Source: Octopus bimaculoides (lineage: Eukaryota). Taken from it: a DNA stretch of 36,600 nucleotides. The first letter of the stretch is position 1. Each line of letters opens with the position of its first letter. The stretch spans positions 154,241,210 through 154,277,809 of the forward strand of contig NC_068982.1 of assembly GCF_001194135.2 (NCBI RefSeq), in the 5' to 3' direction. The translations under genes were made by a program, and so were the position numbers. Below the pieces are notes generated by a model. It ran no database searches. It was not told the origin of the DNA and worked only from the letters and a program-made list of their open reading frames with translations. Shown in pieces: positions 11,570-21,097 of the stretch.

Positions 11570-12145
11570 TTTTCTGATTTTAGTTCTCTTCCTGGTTCTA
11601 CACCCTTCGTTATATTTTTGGTCCTTTCTGTTTGATTCTAATCTTACTTTATAATGTTTAACTATATTCTTGGTACCTTCTGTTTAGTTATATTGTTACT
11701 TCTTCATTTGTAAATCATTTACTCAGAGCTAGTTCTTCATATTTGACTGAATACTTAGTTCTTCATCTTTCTTTGTATTCTTCTTGGTGTTTCATTTTCA
11801 ATTATATTTTTATTTCTTCAGATTTCGTTATATTCTTTGATCTCTAACTTTTGTCTTAGTTATATTCTTGGCTGTTCATAATAGTGTATATTTTGTCATA
11901 TTCTTGGTTGTTTATCTATGCTATATACTATATTTTCATCTTTTGTGAAAAATATTGATTCTTTATCTTTGGTTGTATTCCTGATATTTTTTCCTTTATT
12001 CTTTACTATATTTTTGGTTCTTAAAATTTAATTATATTCTTAGTACTTCATTAATAGTTGTGTCGTTAATTATTCATATTTAGATGTATTCGTGGTTCTT
12101 CTACTTGATAACAGCTTATGTTATGATAAATTCTTGATTCTACTT
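11570..12145. repeat. Degenerate T-rich tandem repeat with a TATATTCTTGG-like core
   Basis: About a dozen imperfect copies, e.g. near 11610, 11662, 11828, 11860, 11898, 12007, 12032, 12083 and 12126. Confidence 0.6.
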
Positions 12146-12247
12146 GTTTGATTAAGAATGGAAGGAAAAAGAGAGGGGGGATTTGTATATGCGCAATTAC
12201 CGTTTAATCATTTTAAATCAAGGCTCAAAGGCGGGATTCGAAAGATA

Positions 12248-12636
12248 CTCTTTACACTTTTACTTGTTTCAGTCATTTGACTGCGGCCATGCTGGAGCAC
12301 CGCCTTTTTAGTCGAGCAAATCGACCCCAGGACTTATTCTTTGGAAGCCTAGTACTTATTCTATCGGTCTCTTTTTGCCGAACCGCTAAGTTACGGGGAC
12401 GTAAACACACCCCCATCGGTTGTCAAGCGATGCTGGGGGGGGGGGGCAAACACAGACACACAAACATATACATATATACGACGGGCTTCTTTCAGTTTCT
12501 CTCTGCCAAATCCACTCACAAGGCTTTGGTCGGTCCGAAGCTATAATAGAAGACACTTGCCACGCAGTTGGGACTGAACCCGGAACCGTGTGGTTCGTAA
12601 GCAAGCTACTTACCACACAGCCACTCCTACGCCTAT
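12248..12636 (-). mobile_element. tRNA-derived SINE family A, full length with a short central simple-repeat spacer
   Basis: Head 12636-12480, central TA/TG spacer, 3' half with CTTGACAACCGATG...GGTGCTCCAGCATGGCCGCAGTCAAATGACTGAAACAAGTAAAAG. Confidence 0.92.
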
Positions 12637-12708
12637 GGTCATGAAATATTACTGACGATATATATACGCACAAATGTTTACATGCTTGCATACATTCTTG
12701 CCCACCAA

Positions 12709-13358
12709 TGTAGCAGAAGTGATTTACACTGTCATTGTGTGAGATGTTTTCGTTTTGACTCATCTAGGCTTAAATACCTGAATATCGGCTCCACGGCCCT
12801 TTTCGTTCCAGCGGTCACAGGACCTCATGATTAAACGAACCTGTATTGGTCGGTTTCCAGCTGTCCAATCGTGTTGGCGCAACAGTTCATTTTTTCTTAC
12901 GCGGGAAATTTATCACCAGCTGTGGGAGCCTACTGATTGCTTGCTCTACGTCACTGGCACACGCCACTGACCACGCGCAACTTTGTATCTGACCCTAGCC
13001 AGTGTCCGCTTTCATCTTCTCCACAAGACGCCTGTCTACATCATTGTTGTATGAACATCACACGACCAACAGACCAACAGCTGCCTCTACACGCCACCAA
13101 ACAGTACGTCAACTTTGACTACCAGATCAGTCCAACCTGACCACGAAATTCTTTCACACATTTTTGTTGTGACCTGTTATGTTGTTTTCTTTCGTGTATG
13201 GCAATTGTTGTATTTTATAACGGAGACTAAACCGTCGCCTACCCGTTCTGAACTGCATCAAAATATTTGTGAAGTTTATAAAAGACTCTTTCGTTATTCC
13301 AACCAACATGTTACAGTGACAAACCCGTGCTATTGTGGTAACGCCACCACTTGTTACA
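12709..13358 (+). mobile_element. Solo LTR (650 bp), probably Ty3/Gypsy
   Basis: TGTAGCA...TGTTACA termini (6 of 7 inverted); 4-bp TSD CCAA at 12705-12708 and 13359-13362; CCAAT-like boxes in the 5' part. Orientation is inferred. Confidence 0.8.
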
Positions 13359-13373
13359 CCAACACACGGAAAC

Positions 13374-13374
13374 A

Positions 13375-13455
<81 letters not shown>
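13374..13455. repeat. (CA)n microsatellite
   Basis: Seen directly. Confidence 0.97.
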
Positions 13456-13457
<2 letters not shown>

Positions 13458-13917
13458 TGTGTACCACGTCATGGTGTGCTGTGTAAGAGCTTAACTTCTT
13501 CAATCACATACATCTATGTCCATGTGCGACGTTACAAAAACTATGAAATAAGCGATAACGCATGAACGGGACAAAATGCATTTGGAGGAATATGAAACAA
13601 TATCAGTGATATTTCAAAAATGCGTTCCTGCAGCCGTTTCAATAATTCTTGCGTAACGAGATTATTACATAATTCTTAAGAACTACCATGTCAAGGATAG
13701 TTTTTGAAATGTAAATAACAAAATTCGGTTTACTCTTATACAACTTAAAGATTGAAAGAGAAATCAAAATAAAAACCAAAAGGAAATATAGATGTAAATA
13801 AAGAAAATAAGAAATAAAGTGTTAAATCATAAGTTTTGTCGGGATTGGTGGAAGTTTGACGAGTATAAATTATGTCTAATAATATAGATAACGTCTTAAT
13901 ATGCTTATCAGAATAAT

Positions 13918-13993
13918 GGCGGTGAGCTGGCAAAATCGTTAGAACTCGGGGCAAAATGCTTAGCTGTCATTGTGCCAAAATTTGAAACCATTA
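13918..13993 (+). mobile_element. SINE family B, internally deleted (head joined to tail)
   Basis: GGCGGTGAGCTGGCAAAATCGTTAG...AAAATGCTTAGC joined to TTGTGCCAAAATTTGAAACCA, the same tail as at ~21072-21093. Confidence 0.65.
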
Positions 13994-14072
13994 TCCTTAT
14001 CAGAACAAAGTAATGCAATCGAAAAATCTGAATCATGGAGTTCTTGGCTGAGTATTGTAGTAAACCAGATAG

Positions 14073-14455
14073 TTGTTGCTGGCACTCCGTCGCTTACGAC
14101 GTCGAGGGTTCCAGTTGATCCGATCAACGGAACAGCCTGCTCGTGAAATTAACGTGCAAGTGGCTGAGCACTCCACAGACACGTGTACCCTTAACGTAGT
14201 TCTCAGGGATATTCAGCGTGACACAGTGTGACAAGGCTGGCCTTTTGAATTACAGGCACAACAGAAACAGAAAGTAAGAGTGAGAGAAAGTTGTGGTGAA
14301 AGAGTACAGCAGGGTTCGCCACCATCCCCAGCGGAGCCTCGTGGAGCTTTAGGTGTTTTCGCTCAATAAACACTCACAACGCCCGGTCTGGGAATCGAAA
14401 CCGCGATCCTATGACCGCGAGTGCGCTGCCCTAACGACTGGGCCATTGCGCCTCC
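14073..14455 (-). mobile_element. tRNA-derived SINE, family C (my label), full length with TSD
   Basis: Minus GGAGGCGCAATGGCCCAGTCGTTAGGGCAGCG...GGTTTCGATTCCC (A/B boxes), ends GCAACAA; 12-bp TSD TAAACCAGATAG at 14061-14072 and 14456-14467. Confidence 0.92.
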
Positions 14456-14610
14456 TAAACCAGATAGACAGAAGGAACATAAAGACTTTACAGAACTATG
14501 ATATATACACATATTTTAGCAAGAACAATGACGCAGTTACTTATACAGAAACCTGTACAAACATATATCGTTACAGTTATATACATACATGTATACATTT
14601 ATCAAATATA

Positions 14611-14839
14611 TTGGGTTGTCCGGAAAGTTCGTACCGATTTATAGTAGCTTACCTTTCCACTTATTTGCCATGAAACCACCTCATTTCTGGGAAGAGGGTA
14701 TTTTCAAGTTAAAGGAAAGATGGAGACGCATTGTGCAACAAAATGGTTCAATAGTTGGTTGATTAAAAATGTAATGGCAAGTATTTATTGACCTTTTTCT
14801 TTCCTTTAAAAATTGGCACGAACTTTCCGGACAACCCAT
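14611..14839 (+). mobile_element. Internally deleted mariner element (229 bp)
   Basis: TIRs TTGGGTTGTCCGGAAAGTTCGTACCGATTT / AAATTGGCACGAACTTTCCGGACAACCCAT, TA on both sides; internal FWEEGIFKLKERWRRIVQQNG is a mariner C-terminus. Confidence 0.92.
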
Positions 14840-14849
14840 TACATAAGCA

Positions 14850-15010
14850 CAGGCACTGCTGTGTGGTAACAAGCTTGCTTCCCAACCACATGGTTCCGGA
14901 TTCAATCCCACTGCGTGACGCCCTGGGCAAGTGTTTCCTATTATAGCCTCAGGCCAACCAAAACCTTCTGAGTGGACTTGGTAGATGGAAACTGAAAGAA
15001 GCCCGTCGTC
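14850..15010 (+). mobile_element. SINE family A, 5' half (diverged)
   Basis: GCTGTGTGGTAACAAGCTTGCTTCCCAACCACATGGTTCCGGATTCAATCCC...GAAAGAAGCCCGTCGT. Confidence 0.88.
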
Positions 15011-15191
15011 GGATGCTGCAGGGAGCTTGCCTCCCTTGTCAGTCATAAGAAAAGTGCTTTATCGTGGGTAAGAGTTATTTTGATTCTTCTTTCTAGCAAT
15101 GTTGGTACTAATTAGTATCCTTAATCACTTTAATGACGTCTATACTTCTGCCTTTCGGTTGTAAATTGCGAATAAGCCACCTTTATTATAA

Positions 15192-15242
<51 letters not shown>

Positions 15243-15261
15243 NNNNNNNNNNTTATTATAA

Positions 15262-15303
<42 letters not shown>

Positions 15304-16049
15304 AGAGAACGTGATCACACAGACGTGATTTCAACAAGGCGAAGGACCACTGGATACTCTGATGTTGAGTAGAACAATTTATATTTAAAACTGTCTTTTC
15401 CCAAGTCGCTACTCCAAGTTTCTCTGACGATACCAGTTAAAAGAAAGTAACAGTTACGATAGATGCAATGGGTGCTCCGGAGTCGTGATCTATGAAGACA
15501 GCGCCTCGATTACATCACGCACGCGCGCGCGCGTATATGTATAGAAAAGAACTTAAAAGCGTATATTTCATACTCTCGTTATGTGTAGAGATTATAGCTT
15601 GCAGGCTCACTTTATCAAGCAGAAATAAATTTCAATCCTTTACTGATTGTCACATGTGACGTGAGGAGTTCAAACAACTGATTGTATTCAATATATTTTG
15701 GGATATATTTAATATTTATTGATTAATATAGCAATTAATACAAATAGAATATCATTTGTAGATAGTAATAAACATAATATTCGTTTCTCTCTGGGATATC
15801 ATGCTCTTTCGACGATCTTTCCATTTTGACATTTATGGGTACTTAAGTCATAATTGTTTTCTCCACAGCACGAGAAGCTGTTTCCTGTTACGAAGTGTAT
15901 AGTTTCACCGCAGCAGATTTGAAGATCCTTCTGGTAATGTTTATCACCGCAAGTCCCTAAAGCAAAGAAAAAATTAAATATAAAAAAGTAACGAAATATA
16001 CCAAAGGAGTTACATCATTGTTGTGGTGAGAGTCACGCCACCCGCTGCG

Positions 16050-16206
16050 AGAATAGACGCGTTTTCTTTTTCTGAAAATCTAATCTTATCCAGACTGACA
16101 TTTAGGCATTCACTTGCAAAACCAAGTGCTCCAATTATTTTTGGCATAAATGTAAATTTGTAATCTGGATATAGAAACCGGAAGTTTCGAAGCAGCTGTC
16201 GATATG
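16050..16206 (-). mobile_element. R4/Dong-like C-terminal fragment (copy C)
   Basis: QLLRNFRFLYPDYKFTFMPKIIGALGFASECLNVSLDKIRFSEKE; homologous to 18200-18310 and 18690-18790. Confidence 0.8.
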
Positions 16207-17149
16207 TGTGTGTGTGCGTGCGTGTTTGCATGTATGCATGTATGTATGTAGGTATGCATGCATGCATGCATGTTTCCATGTACGTATGTATGTATTTTCA
16301 ATGTCATTTCCTGCATATATACTCTAATATCAGAGTGACTTTCTCTTAGAGATATGCTTTAACATGGCGATCCATATCGATACATCATGTCAGTAGGGTG
16401 TAGAGGGTTTGTGAGTGTTGTGCAAGCCTTACTGGACCTAAAACTTGAGCTTGTGCAATCACTGGTCTGACAAGTTTCCGATGTCCGGTCGTGTAGGAGG
16501 GCGCTGCAGCGAGAAAGGAAGCGGGTGCAATACTAGTTAGTACGGGCATTGCTGACATTTTGCATGGGCAATGGTCAGTGATTATCTTCATCGATTACGA
16601 GTGGACAGCCATCATCATGTATGTATGTACGTCGCTTCTGTATTTAATCTTTTAAATTTTTCCTCTGAAGAAAGAACTAGTTTATAGATGAATAGGTTGT
16701 ATTCAATCTAATGTGACTTTTTTAGTAGCAGAGGATGAAAATAAGAGAAGTCCTTGCTAACGGATAAAGAACGAAACACGGCCAACACGTAGATAATCCG
16801 GATGGTTGAGAGAAAGAAACTCATACTTGACACGTAGGAAAAATTTGTTGTCCATGTGAAATCTGGAGAAAAATTCCGAATATATTTCTTTTATTTTAAC
16901 TTTTCTTAAGCAAGAAGAATATTCCCCTAGGACGCTGTGTCTGCAAAGGACGAAGTTGTAAATTTGGTTACAACCCGAGGAAAAATGATTTGCAGTTTCC
17001 CGCTTGAAAATGGTGCCAAAATTTTCTGGTGAAGAAGACAATATGGTGACGAGAGACATCAGTGGTGTTCCTATGCGATGAGTGGCAGTCTGATTGCGTA
17101 GACGAAATCGCGAAGGAGAAAAAAGGAATACGTTTTCAGTGGTCAGAAT

Positions 17150-17383
17150 TCGTCCGAAGTTCACCATTTTAGAAGGAATTGTGGTATGTGCTGCGTCATG
17201 TCACCATTTTAGTCTAGTGATCTGGAAGGTTGGGTCACCATTTTAGAAGGATAGGTTGTCCATGCTGCGTTGGAGTCCTCATTATAGATTAATAGTGTCC
17301 ATTTGTGTCGGGGTCACCATTATCGAAAGATAAATGTCCATCACGTCGGGGGTCACCATTATAAATGGATAGGTTGTATTCCA
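17150..17383 (-). repeat. Tandem array of six tRNA-Trp PBS-like units (~39-bp period) directly 3' of an LTR
   Basis: Minus-strand units starting at 17358 TGGTGACCCCCGACGTGAT, 17319 TGGTGACCCCGAC, 17281 TGAGGACTCCAACG, 17240 TGGTGACCCAAC, 17206 TGGTGACATGACG, 17166 TGGTGAACTTCGGACG; spacers resemble TGGACAACCTATCCTTCTAAAA. Confidence 0.8.
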
Positions 17384-17388
17384 TTTAA

Positions 17389-17975
17389 TGTGACTCTACT
17401 CAGAAGGCTGTAATATCATTTGACAGGAACACGGTATAAAGAAATACATGGAACAAGGTAGTAATTTTAAATGCCTTTAATGCTGGCCACACGTATATAT
17501 ATACAAGTTGAATGATAAATGGAAGTAGTTGATGGACATTTATTCATATATCTACATGCATCTGCCTGGGTTGTATGCTTGCTGTTAACCTTGGTGAGAA
17601 GCTCACGAACAGCGATATATTAGAACCTGTGCAGTGTATTGCTGTTGTGTAGATGTTGTTGACGACGCTGGTGAGAGAGATAATGGTGGCGACAAAGGTG
17701 GAGGTCGCTGTAATGTGGTCAGTAGTTAGACCTTAGAAAGTTTGGAACCAAGAGACCCCGAGACTAGAAGGAAGTGAGTTTTTATAACTGACGTTGGGCT
17801 CAAATAGAGTTTAGAACAGACTGCCTCACGTGATTCATTTGGAGGCTGCGATTGGTTGGGTAGCATATTGGCGCACGATAGAATAAGAGACAAATTGTGC
17901 CATTACCAGCCAATCAGAGTGATAGACACAGCGGGGTCCAAAACAGCGCCCAAAAGTTAGCGGTTACTTGCTACG
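17389..17975 (-). mobile_element. 5' LTR of an LTR retrotransposon (probably Ty3/Gypsy); unassigned internal sequence continues to ~16750
   Basis: Minus strand starts CGTAGCAAG (cf. TGTAGCAG of the other LTR), has CCAAT boxes, CACGTG, TATAAAAA and AATAAA, ends ...GTCACA and is followed by PBS-like sequence. Confidence 0.78.
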
Positions 17976-17999
17976 TCCGTATATATGTATATATAATAG

Positions 18000-18318
18000 A
18001 GAGAGGAAGCTCACTTGAGTTCGCTACAGGTTTCTAACAAAGATACAAAACTCCATCGTCGGAATGTAGATAGCGAAAACAATGTCACATTTTAAACCTG
18101 AGAAACGTCTTGCATAATTTTTTTTCTTTTTATGTTCCGCTTACAGATTGTATTTGTAATGTGAGAATCAAGTGGTTGTTTGATATTCTGAAAATCCAAG
18201 CTTATCTAGAGTGACAGGCGTTTATTTACAAAGCCAAGTACTCCAATTACTTTTGGCATAAATATAAATTTGTAATCCGGATATAGAAGCCGGAGGTTTC
18301 GAAGCAATTGCCCATATG
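18000..18318 (-). mobile_element. R4/Dong-like C-terminal fragment plus 3' UTR (copy B)
   Basis: TYGQLLRNLRLLYPDYKFIFMPKVIGVLGFV...DKLGFSE...LQIQSVSGT...LCKTFLRFKM*. Confidence 0.8.
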
Positions 18319-18341
18319 TATGTATGTATGTATGTATGCAT

Positions 18342-19390
18342 GTCATTATTCAGTTTATTTCAAGATGTTTTGCCAATAGAGAAAGAACCGGTTTCTAACT
18401 TAGATCCAAGGTTTCTTCATTTGAATTTCAACATCAGCCACAGGGTGTGTATGTATGTATGTATGTATGTATGTATGTATGTATGTATGTATGTGCAGAT
18501 TTATATGTTTTATGTATGTATTTTCATGCATATAGACACATTTCTAGACATGCTCATATATATTTAAATGATACACTTCTGGAAAGTTTTACAAATTTTT
18601 ACAGTTCCAGAGATGGATTGATTCTGTAGTCTTTGAATTAGCTTTCTCTTTTCTGGTTTTCAGAAGCCCAGTTTCTCAAGATTGGTATTTAGGCAGTGTG
18701 TTACATATCTCAGGGCTCCAATAATTACAGGTATAAACCTGAACTTGTAATATGGATAGAGTAACTGCAGATTTCTCAATAGTTCAACTAGGTGTTCTCT
18801 TTTTCACTGATCTTCAGCTTTATGTTACCCGCTGTGCAGCTAATTTCCACAACTGTGCGCAGTTTCTCTTCTCTATCTCAAATCATCATATCAGGTCTGT
18901 TGTGCTTACATTTTATTGAGGTCTTCACTGGTACATTCCACCAGTATTCCTTTTTATTATGAGTGGCTATGGCTTCTACCATATGGTGGGTTCTTATTTC
19001 TTTGTCCTCGGGTTTATCTTTTCAACAGATTTCATTATAGAGTGTCCTAGCTACAACGTCATATCTCATCGGTAGAGAATACCGTGATGACATTTTCGGA
19101 CAACTGCTTATGATGTGGGTGATATCTTCAGCGTGAACTCCACAAAGTCTGCATCGGTTGTCACATTTTACAACTTTTCCCGCATCTCTATCCCTTTTGT
19201 GCATCAGGTACTTGGTAGATATTTCCTGTTCCAGGATTGCTAACATATACCCTTCGAAGTGGGAGGTAGTAATCTGGCTATTGGTCCATGATAAACTGCT
19301 TTGATGATCGATGTTACTATCATCACGGAGCTTTCCACTGACATATCCATGCATTGTCTTCTGATCATATAGGCTCACCTTTTCATCTGT
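18342..19390 (-). mobile_element. R4/Dong-like non-LTR retrotransposon 3' portion (copy A): CCHC knuckle, restriction-like endonuclease, 3' UTR
   Basis: CRLCGVHAEDITHIISSCPKM, RYDVVARTLYNEI, EYWWNVPVKTSIKCKHNRPDMMI*DR (PD..D), VVEISC, IPVIIGAL; stop near 18564. Assigning 18342-18447 to the 3' UTR is inference. Confidence 0.9.
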
Positions 19391-19620
19391 ATGCATGTAT
19401 GTATGTATGTATGTATGTATGTATGTATGTATGTATGTATGTATGTATGTATGTACGTATGTATATATGTATGTATTTATGCATGATGCTTGTATGTATG
19501 TATGTATGCATGTATGTATGTATGTATGTATGCATGATGTTTGTATGTATGTATGTATGCATGCATGTATGTATGCATGTATGTATGTATGTATGTATGT
19601 ATGTATGTATGTATGTATGC
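19389..19620. repeat. (TATG)n microsatellite abutting the 5' end of R4/Dong copy A
   Basis: Seen directly. Confidence 0.97.
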
Positions 19621-19972
19621 ACGTTCAATTCCATGCATCTATGTATGTTTTAGTTAGTATCTATTGCCCCACTACAGCCATCACGTATTGAGTAGTCACG
19701 TGTATTAAGTATTGATCTGATCTATGGTCTTCTCGGTCCTATAACTGGTAACACGTACATACATACTTACATACACATGTGTACGCACACACCCATACAC
19801 ACGTTCGTGTGCCTTAAGAGAAATTGCTCAGAGTGGTCAGTGGAGTATATGAATAACATAGACAAATATAGGCGTATCAAATATCATACAATATAACTTA
19901 TTGATTTATTAAAGTTATCCCTGCCTCTTGAAAATGTGTTATAGTTACCAAATAGCAAATGAAACAAATTCC

Positions 19973-20271
19973 ATATGAGGAGGGGAGATAATCTCAAGGA
20001 TCAAGAATTTTCCAACGAGAAGATAGTCGCTCATGCGTATTTCTGCCTCAATAAACGTCATCAGCACGACAATTGTCCTATCTAATCTCCTTAAATACTT
20101 ACAAAAGCAATAGAACACAATTATGGTCAATTTAATTCGTATAATTTATACAAGAATGAGATAAAAGAAATAATCTAGAGTGACCAGTGGTATGTATATG
20201 AAGAACGTAAACAAATGGTTTGTCAGCTTTAAAGAATTCTTGATTCTTGAGATTATCTTCCCTTCTTATAT
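19973..20271 (-). mobile_element. Penelope-like pLTR relic bounded by 37-bp inverted repeats
   Basis: 19973-20009 versus the reverse complement of 20235-20271 match 33/37 (all G/A transitions); hammerhead-like motif inside. Confidence 0.6.
20031..20069 (-). ncRNA. Hammerhead-like motif (intact CTGATGA and GAAA, decayed stem II and cleavage triplet)
   Basis: TCGTG-CTGATGA-CGTTT-ATTG-AGGCA-GAAA-TAC-G-CATGA; stem I TCGTG/CATGA. Confidence 0.55.
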
Positions 20272-20475
20272 AAAGTGTGTGTGTGTGCATATGTGCGTGT
20301 GCGCACGTGTGTGTATGTGTATGCGTATGTGTGTGTATGTGTATGCGTATGTGTGTGTATGTGTATGCGTATGTGTGTGTATGCATGCATGTATGTATGC
20401 ATATATGTATACATATGTTTGCATCTGCCCATGTGTGCACGTATATATATGTATGTGTGTGTGCGTGTGTGTGCT

Positions 20476-20518
<43 letters not shown>

Positions 20519-20519
<1 letters not shown>

Positions 20520-20712
20520 TGTTTGTCCCCGCTACCATCGGTTGACAACTGATGCTGGCGTGCTTACATCCCCGTGAGTAAGCGGTTCGACAAGAAGACC
20601 CGATAAAACAAGCACCAGGCTTACAAAGTCCAGGGCTCGATTTCTTCAACTAAAATACTGTGCTCCAGCATGGCCACAGTCAAATGACTGAAACAAGTAA
20701 AAGAAAAGAATA
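20519..20712 (+). mobile_element. SINE family A, 3' half following a long (TG)n tract
   Basis: GTTTGTCCCC...GTTGACAACTGATGCTGG...TGCTCCAGCATGGCCACAGTCAAATGACTGAAACAAGTAAAAG. Confidence 0.85.
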
Positions 20713-20889
20713 AAAGAATATGTTCATCTGTGTGTGCATGGGCGTATACATGCGTTTAATTTTGTAATTATTCCAAGGTTCACAGTTCTGTCGGTCATCA
20801 CGACCCATGTTAAGTTTCAGGCAACTTCACTATTAACTAACAAATGATGGAATGAAAAATAAATTCAATTATAGATTTACCTCCAAAGG

Positions 20890-21097
20890 TGCCGAAGCGG
20901 CAAAATGCTTAGCGGTATTTCGTTTGTCTCCATGTTCTGAGCTCAAATTCCGCCGAGGTCGACTTTACCTCTCATCCCTTTTCGGGTTGATAAAATTATT
21001 TCCAGTTGAGTTCTGGAGTCAATGTAATCGTCTTAGGCCCTTTTAGACGCCTTACTCGATATTTACAGGACTTGTGCCAAAATTTGAAACCAATATT
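20890..21097 (+). mobile_element. SINE family B, 5'-truncated
   Basis: AAAATGCTTAGCGGTATTTCG...CAAATTCCGCCGAGGTCGACTTT...TTGTGCCAAAATTTGAAACCA. Confidence 0.85.

Noticed and set aside
15183-15300. Direct duplication TTATTATAAATG(TG)n either side of a 10-N gap
   Set aside because: Typical overlap of unmerged contig ends.
16757-17167. 136-aa ORF as gag of the LTR element
   Set aside because: It starts inside the PBS array and I see no convincing gag motif in any frame.
17150-17383. CRISPR array
   Set aside because: Eukaryotic context, no cas genes, spacers similar to each other, and the repeat is explained as a PBS next to an LTR.
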